From Bdellovibrionota bacterium FG-2 (GTDB lineage: Bacteria > Bdellovibrionota > UBA1018): a DNA stretch of 15,031 bases. A program made the position numbers and the translations under genes. Location: the NCBI GenBank assembly GCA_051382305.1, contig JBBCAV010000123.1, positions 1 through 15,031 of the forward strand. Direction: 5' to 3'. Position 1 is the first letter of the stretch; each line of letters begins with the position of its first letter. A model generated the notes under the pieces. That model worked only from the letters and a program-made list of their open reading frames with translations. It ran no database searches and was not told the origin of the DNA. Below, one piece after another: positions 1 through 5,130 of the stretch.

Positions 1-79
1 CCCATCAGGGCCAGAGTGAAGTCAAATACTCAACTAAAGGCCGGATCCATAGGTGCATCCGATTCAAATGACTTGAAAA

Positions 80-535
80 TCACGATTCAAAAAATTCCTT
101 GCAACGAAGGGCGGGTCCATCCATATCTGCCAATCTCAACCCCCCCTCATTTTTTAACGTCTCCTGAACCCAATGAGCCACGCCCGTTATGGAGCTAACG
201 GCCGCCTCATAACCGATGAGTTTTTTAGGAAGGTGCTCTTTACTCGACGTAGGGTCTTTTTGAATTTGCTCAAAAATCTCTTGTTCACGCTTTGGACTGA
301 GTGCTCCAACAAATCCATGGGGATACAGTTGATGCGCGTATTTTGCGGAAGGCGACGAAAAATCTTTTGCCGCCTGTTCGCCCAGAAGTTTGGCCAAGGC
401 TAAACGTTGGCTATTGGTGATGAGGCGTTTTGAAAGAAAAAAAGGGGCATCTAGCGACCTGATAGATGCTAACACACCAAAAAAAGAGTAAATTGTTACG
501 AACTTAACTACTTGAAATTGTACATAAAAAAACAT
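80..535 (-). CDS. Hypothetical protein, divergent from the radical SAM operon; true start uncertain (ATG 535 lies inside a predicted promoter; in-frame GTG 475 or TTG 397 are alternatives)
   Basis: 151-codon ORF with protein-like composition, downstream of a good minus-strand promoter. No recognisable motif and no clear RBS. Confidence 0.4.
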   Translation of the reverse strand: MFFYVQFQVVKFVTIYSFFGVLASIRSLDAPFFLSKRLITNSQRLALAKLLGEQAAKDFSSPSAKYAHQLYPHGFVGALSPKREQEIFEQIQKDPTSSKEHLPKKLIGYEAAVSSITGVAHWVQETLKNEGGLRLADMDGPALRCKEFFES

Positions 536-545
536 AAGATGTCAA
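517..545 (-). promoter_or_regulatory. Predicted sigma70-type promoter, leftward
   Basis: Minus strand: TTGACA (545-540), 17-nt spacer, TACAAT (522-517). The -35 is perfect, the -10 matches 5/6 and the spacing is optimal. Confidence 0.7.
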
Positions 546-561
546 TCTACTATTAGAATAG

Positions 562-590
562 TTGACAGTTTTGGTTTATTGGTTTAGCTT
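562..590 (+). promoter_or_regulatory. Predicted sigma70-type promoter for the peptide/radical SAM operon
   Basis: TTGACA (562-567), 17-nt spacer, TAGCTT (585-590, keeps the key T-A---T positions). It ends 45 nt upstream of the peptide ATG. Confidence 0.65.
571..586. repeat. Perfect 8-bp tandem direct repeat TTGGTTTA x2 in the promoter spacer; possible regulator site
   Basis: TTGGTTTA at 571-578 and 579-586, overlapping the predicted -10. The repeat is seen directly; the function is inferred. Confidence 0.35.
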
Positions 591-622
591 GGCGATGTTC
601 TAAATTATTGGAACGCCAGCAT

Positions 623-628
623 AGGAGA
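623..628 (+). promoter_or_regulatory. Shine-Dalgarno site of the small peptide ORF
   Basis: AGGAGA followed by an A-rich spacer (AATCAAA) before ATG 636. Confidence 0.8.
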
Positions 629-635
629 AATCAAA

Positions 636-743
636 ATGGACGAAAATCAAGTCCAGCAAGTGCTGGAAGAGCAAGAACTGATCCTCGCCCCCTTCGAACT
701 TATCCTTTTGGACGAAGCACGAATTGGTGACGGTGGATTCTAG
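636..743 (+). CDS. 35-aa peptide MDENQVQQVLEEQELILAPFELILLDEARIGDGGF; putative RiPP precursor
   Basis: Translated by hand from ATG 636 to TAG 743. It has a strong RBS, is the first ORF after the promoter and ends 9 nt before the radical SAM start. Acidic/aliphatic leader-like region followed by a short Gly-rich C-terminus (RIGDGGF). Too short for the ORF track. Confidence 0.8.
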   Translation: MDENQVQQVLEEQELILAPFELILLDEARIGDGGF

Positions 744-752
744 AGGCTTGTT

Positions 753-2453
753 ATGCGCCAGAAAAGATCGCCATCAAAAGTATTACTGACGACCTTCTCT
801 GGCGCACCAACCTCATTCAACTTTTTTATCCCTGATCCAGGCTTGGCACTACTTGCAGGGGTACTCAAAGCGAACGGGTATACGCCCATTATCATTGACT
901 TTAACTCGCTCGAACATTTGGAAGATACTTTTAATCGAAATGACCTCACTGAACATTTCATGCAAACCTCCGATTTTTCAGACCGCAACTCCAACAACGC
1001 AAAATCCGAGGATTTTTACGCATTAAAATCCGAATTCACCGCCATATTTCTTCGAAATTCCGAAGAAAGAATTTTTGAATCTCTGAAAACAAAGATCACC
1101 GAAACAAAAAGTAAACTCCTCTGCATAAAGCCTTGGCTCGGCCCCTCTCTAGAGATATTTTTGAAAATAAGTAAACGCCTAAAAAACCTATTTCCTGGGT
1201 TAACGATCGCCCTTGGAGGCCCATCGATTTCAAGTATAGACAAAGAAGCGCTCCCTTTTCTTAGTGAAGTTGACTTCATTACCTTTGGTAAGGGTGAACA
1301 AGCGATTCTAAGCATTTTGGATGTAGTTAATGGTAAAAAAGAACCAGAAAATGTCGAAAATACCTATTTTTTAAACGAAGACAAGAAATACCAATACGGC
1401 ACTCATTCAACTCAACGCACCTTAACCACTCCTGCCTCACCTCTTTATGATCCCGACGTCTATCTCGGTATCGCTGAACAAAAATTACCTCTTTTTATCG
1501 TCGAGGATTCGCGAGGCTGTTATTTTTCGTGCGCCTTCTGTACCCATCCAAATAAATCCGACAACTCGGTAATCGAAAATCCAGTAGAAAACACTTTCAA
1601 GCAATTCCAATCTCTCCATCAACAGTTTGGCTCAACAACATTTCGTCTTTCCGGCTCCTGTCCACCGCCCCGCCTATTTAATCATTTATCTAAAATGATA
1701 ATCGAATCGAACCAAACGTTTCGCATCGGCGCATTTTTTCACTCCGCCTTCACTCCTCATGTTGACTTTAAAGCAATGGCAAAAGCCGGGTTTACTGCCC
1801 TTTTGACCGGAATTGAAAGCACAGATGAAAGTACACGTGTGAACTTTTTTAAAAAAAATCTAAATTTACAGCACCTAAACCTTCTAGGCAACCTCGCCGG
1901 AAAAAATGGAATATTTATCAATCAAAGCCTCATTATACCAACACCAGGAGACTCATTGAGTCACCTAAGAGCGTATATATCCAAATATCCATTTCAAAAA
2001 GATTTGTCTTCCATTTCGGTATCGTTTCCAAAAATTTTTCCAGAAACAGATTGGTGGTCCTCGTCCAATAGTTACGGAATTGAAATTTCTTCACGTTCCG
2101 CATATCTAAAGTACCTGCTATTTGGAAAGAGTGAGAATGAGGCCCGCCCTCAATCACTAGCACTTACGATCAACAACAAAACCCATCAACAACTAGTGTC
2201 TGAGTTCATCACCGCAAAAAAAACAATACTATCATCCGGAGTTCAGCTCGACTTTAGCGATGAACTAAGCCTTATGGCGGCGGCGCTGAAATTGCCTAAC
2301 TCTGCTTTTCAAAAAATCCAAAGCACAGCTATCGGTCTTTTTGATTTACCGAAAATAGTGACTCTTTTTTCTGACCTTAAGACTTGCCTCACATCCTCTC
2401 CCAAAAATACCAGGTCTTTTCAATACCTTCCCCAGGAGTCGGAACATGTATAA
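753..2453 (+). CDS. B12-binding domain radical SAM enzyme (class B, methyltransferase-like), 566 aa
   Basis: N-terminal cobalamin-binding Rossmann signatures (PDPGLALLAGVLKANG...IIDFN, ALGGPS, DFITFGKGE). SRGCYFSCAFC carries CxxxCxxC at 1518-1541, followed by a GIES motif. AGAGG RBS at 742-746. Confidence 0.92.
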   Translation: MRQKRSPSKVLLTTFSGAPTSFNFFIPDPGLALLAGVLKANGYTPIIIDFNSLEHLEDTFNRNDLTEHFMQTSDFSDRNSNNAKSEDFYALKSEFTAIFLRNSEERIFESLKTKITETKSKLLCIKPWLGPSLEIFLKISKRLKNLFPGLTIALGGPSISSIDKEALPFLSEVDFITFGKGEQAILSILDVVNGKKEPENVENTYFLNEDKKYQYGTHSTQRTLTTPASPLYDPDVYLGIAEQKLPLFIVEDSRGCYFSCAFCTHPNKSDNSVIENPVENTFKQFQSLHQQFGSTTFRLSGSCPPPRLFNHLSKMIIESNQTFRIGAFFHSAFTPHVDFKAMAKAGFTALLTGIESTDESTRVNFFKKNLNLQHLNLLGNLAGKNGIFINQSLIIPTPGDSLSHLRAYISKYPFQKDLSSISVSFPKIFPETDWWSSSNSYGIEISSRSAYLKYLLFGKSENEARPQSLALTINNKTHQQLVSEFITAKKTILSSGVQLDFSDELSLMAAALKLPNSAFQKIQSTAIGLFDLPKIVTLFSDLKTCLTSSPKNTRSFQYLPQESEHV

Positions 2454-5130
2454 ATTTCTAGCCCTCTTTTTACTAAATACATTCGGCGATATCTTAGTTA
2501 TTTCAACAATACCAATGTATATTATTGAGAAAACAGGGAGCTTTACCAAGGGAACCTATTTCACCATTCTCGTCTTTGTCGCCATATTGATCACAGCGAG
2601 GCTAGCGGGGTTTTTAACTCAGAAATTCAACCCGCTTAAATTTGTAGCAGTGATCGACCTGCTTTCCGCATTATTGGTCCTGGGGTTACTCACCACTCTT
2701 CGTGTATATGGGTTTCACTTCGAAACTTTTCTCGGGGAATGCGCAGTTCTCGCTCTTGTTGTTAACCTTCCGCTATTTGCAAAGTACAATTTGATTCATC
2801 GGTATTTCGTAGATGAAAAAGATTTGACCCAGTTTTCACTACTTCAAGGCCGCGCCAGTGGCCTAATTCTAATCTTGTCTATGCTTAGCGCTGGCTTTCT
2901 ATTTCCAAAATTAGGCTTTCAAGGCATTCTTTGGATTGACATTGCTACCTACCTACCGTGTGCCTTCTTATTGATTATGAATCGAAAAGAATCACCGCTT
3001 GGATACTATTCCAGAAAATCTGCCACCCCTACAGAGACCAACCCAGGTTCTCACTCTGCACCAGTTGGACAGCCTATTCTGGTCCAATTCCTATTGGTCG
3101 CATTGTTTCTTTTTTTAGTTCAAAATTTAAGGTCACACCTTCTTCTGTCGATTTTCAAAGTGCAATTTCAACACATTGGCCTAAATACTATTTCTCTATT
3201 TGCCGCAGTTGGCGCCATATTTTCGTTGCTATTGGCACGCTTTACTAACCATTACTATCTTCATTTAAAGAGTGTTCCGCTCGCCCTCCTAGCGGCTTTA
3301 ACTTTGCCTGTAGGAATCGCATTCTTTCTGGAGAAGTACCCATTTTTATGCATATTTCTCGCATCAGTATTTATCAACGACTGGATAGCTATTGGCTTAT
3401 CTTTATCTCGGGCTCTTCAAATGCGCGCAGAACCCTATTACCCCATGTCCAAACTTGTCTCACTTTCCATGGGATTTTCCTGTTTTTTTGGAATGTTTGG
3501 CGTCTTGGGATTTTCAAAAATTGGAGTTAATTACGGATTTGGGCTGGGATTTATTTTGATTTCTTCCACTATCTTCCTTTCCCACATCACCCTATTACCA
3601 TTTCTCAAAAGAAAGAGAGCCATCGCCTCAATAGCTACCGCCCTGTTCTGTATGATTATCTCCTCTTTTTCGTATGCTGCCGAAAATCGTTATACTACGG
3701 CAATGTCGGACCTTCCTCGGGATCTATCAGCCATCACTCCCGAAATGCTAACGGAGGACGAGAGTTTTCTGAAGACGAATACAATGTGTTCTCTGATCAG
3801 ACGAGATATCAACCAAGGTCTAATTCCTGAATTAGCCCAATCTTGGAAAATCATCGTCCCCGACCAGGTCATTGCTTTTACCATCCGCGAAGGTGCCCAT
3901 GACAGTGAAAACAATGAAATTGATGCATTGTACGTAAAAAAGAGCATGGAAGAGCAGATCAGAAAAACCCTAAGTCGGGCCCGTACCATTAATGGATTCG
4001 ACCTAATTAAAGGGGTTTCTGAATGCAACGAACGACGGTGTGTGTTGCCCGGCCTAGTTGTTGAAGGAAAAAGAGGAATTCGAATCGAATTAACCCGCCC
4101 GTGGCCTGGTTTACTTGGACTCCTGGAAGCCTCATCCTTTGTCCAAAGTGTGAGACACGATGGTAAACGAGACATTCCTATTAGTTGCGGCCCTTATCGA
4201 ATTGCGAAAATGGATGAAACGGGACTCGAGCTTACAAGAAATCCCTACTCAATTCGTCCCGCAATTGGAGGTCCTGATAAATTTATTATTCGGGTTTTGC
4301 CACCCAAAGAGGCTTACAAGGCCTTTTGTACCCATCAGATTAACGATCTTCTTTTCTACATGCCGTCCAAAGCTGACCTCCTTCGAGGAGGGTGTACTGG
4401 TGGGAACTTTGATTATAGAGAAGTATACACGGCCGGTTTCTGGTTTATTTCGTTGGGTGCAAAAATTCCAGGTCTTAGCTCGGCTATTTTGAACCGACTG
4501 AAAAAAGCCTTTAACAAGGATGTTTTCAAGAAAACTTGGGGGATTGAAGCAACTGATCAAGGACGGCTTATTCCCAGAGACTTTGGGCTATCCCCCCACA
4601 CTCCAGATCTCACGCCACCTCCTCTAAATACGATAGCGATAAACGATAAAAGCCTCGCCAAAACACCGGTAGTCATCCGATTCATCAGTGGAACACCCAA
4701 TGAATCCAACCTCAACCAAGCACTTCTTGATTGGATAAAAATGGCGGAGTTGTCCGCCAATATTATCCCAACAAAATTTTCTGAATTCATGACTGACCTC
4801 AGTGAAGGAAAATCGGACATCTATGTTTATGCAGAAATTGCAAACTCCCCTAACCCACTTGCATTCCTCGCTACTTTTTACCAAAAAGCGCTTCGGCAGG
4901 CATCTCATCATGAAAGAACTAAGCTTGAGCAGGCATGGCGCCAATACGAAACGACTCGATCAAAGATAGATTTAGACCAACTTGAACTAACGATTCGGAG
5001 AAGTAACCTTTTTCTTCCACTTTTTTCATTCAAGCGACCGCTGGTTATTTCCAAAGATTGGACAGTCGGACGTTATGGTGATCTTGGATTATTTAGCGTC
5101 GAAATCAGCCGCTTTGGGAGGCGCCAATGA
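2446..5130 (+). CDS. Fusion of an MFS exporter (about aa 1-387, DHA3/EntS/MefA-like) with an extracytoplasmic solute-binding protein family 5 domain (about aa 412-894)
   Basis: About 12 hydrophobic segments in a 6+6 layout with a central hydrophilic loop. The N-terminus resembles DHA3 (GDILVISTIPMYIIEKTGS; AGFLTQKFNPLKFVAVIDL as a degenerate motif A). The C-half has the SBP5 signature LIPELAQSWKI...FTIREG...IDALYVKKS and CGPYRI. Overlaps the upstream stop by 8 nt. Confidence 0.82.
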   Translation: MYKFLALFLLNTFGDILVISTIPMYIIEKTGSFTKGTYFTILVFVAILITARLAGFLTQKFNPLKFVAVIDLLSALLVLGLLTTLRVYGFHFETFLGECAVLALVVNLPLFAKYNLIHRYFVDEKDLTQFSLLQGRASGLILILSMLSAGFLFPKLGFQGILWIDIATYLPCAFLLIMNRKESPLGYYSRKSATPTETNPGSHSAPVGQPILVQFLLVALFLFLVQNLRSHLLLSIFKVQFQHIGLNTISLFAAVGAIFSLLLARFTNHYYLHLKSVPLALLAALTLPVGIAFFLEKYPFLCIFLASVFINDWIAIGLSLSRALQMRAEPYYPMSKLVSLSMGFSCFFGMFGVLGFSKIGVNYGFGLGFILISSTIFLSHITLLPFLKRKRAIASIATALFCMIISSFSYAAENRYTTAMSDLPRDLSAITPEMLTEDESFLKTNTMCSLIRRDINQGLIPELAQSWKIIVPDQVIAFTIREGAHDSENNEIDALYVKKSMEEQIRKTLSRARTINGFDLIKGVSECNERRCVLPGLVVEGKRGIRIELTRPWPGLLGLLEASSFVQSVRHDGKRDIPISCGPYRIAKMDETGLELTRNPYSIRPAIGGPDKFIIRVLPPKEAYKAFCTHQINDLLFYMPSKADLLRGGCTGGNFDYREVYTAGFWFISLGAKIPGLSSAILNRLKKAFNKDVFKKTWGIEATDQGRLIPRDFGLSPHTPDLTPPPLNTIAINDKSLAKTPVVIRFISGTPNESNLNQALLDWIKMAELSANIIPTKFSEFMTDLSEGKSDIYVYAEIANSPNPLAFLATFYQKALRQASHHERTKLEQAWRQYETTRSKIDLDQLELTIRRSNLFLPLFSFKRPLVISKDWTVGRYGDLGLFSVEISRFGRRQ

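Noticed and set aside
16-403. Plus-strand ORFs 16-198 and 173-403
   Set aside because: Short, with no convincing RBS or motifs, and antisense to the longer ORF that has a promoter.
636-743. Classing the peptide as a known RiPP type (double-glycine leader bacteriocin, lasso peptide, sactipeptide, PqqA, mycofactocin)
   Set aside because: The GG is followed by a single Phe and there is no C39 peptidase transporter, no Cys, no ExxxY or terminal VY motif, and no lasso cyclase.
740-4944. Short alternative-frame and antisense ORFs within the radical SAM and MFS-SBP genes (e.g. 740-997, 1016-1315, 2958-3248, 3690-4175, 4160-4492)
   Set aside because: They overlap long motif-bearing genes and have no recognisable features.
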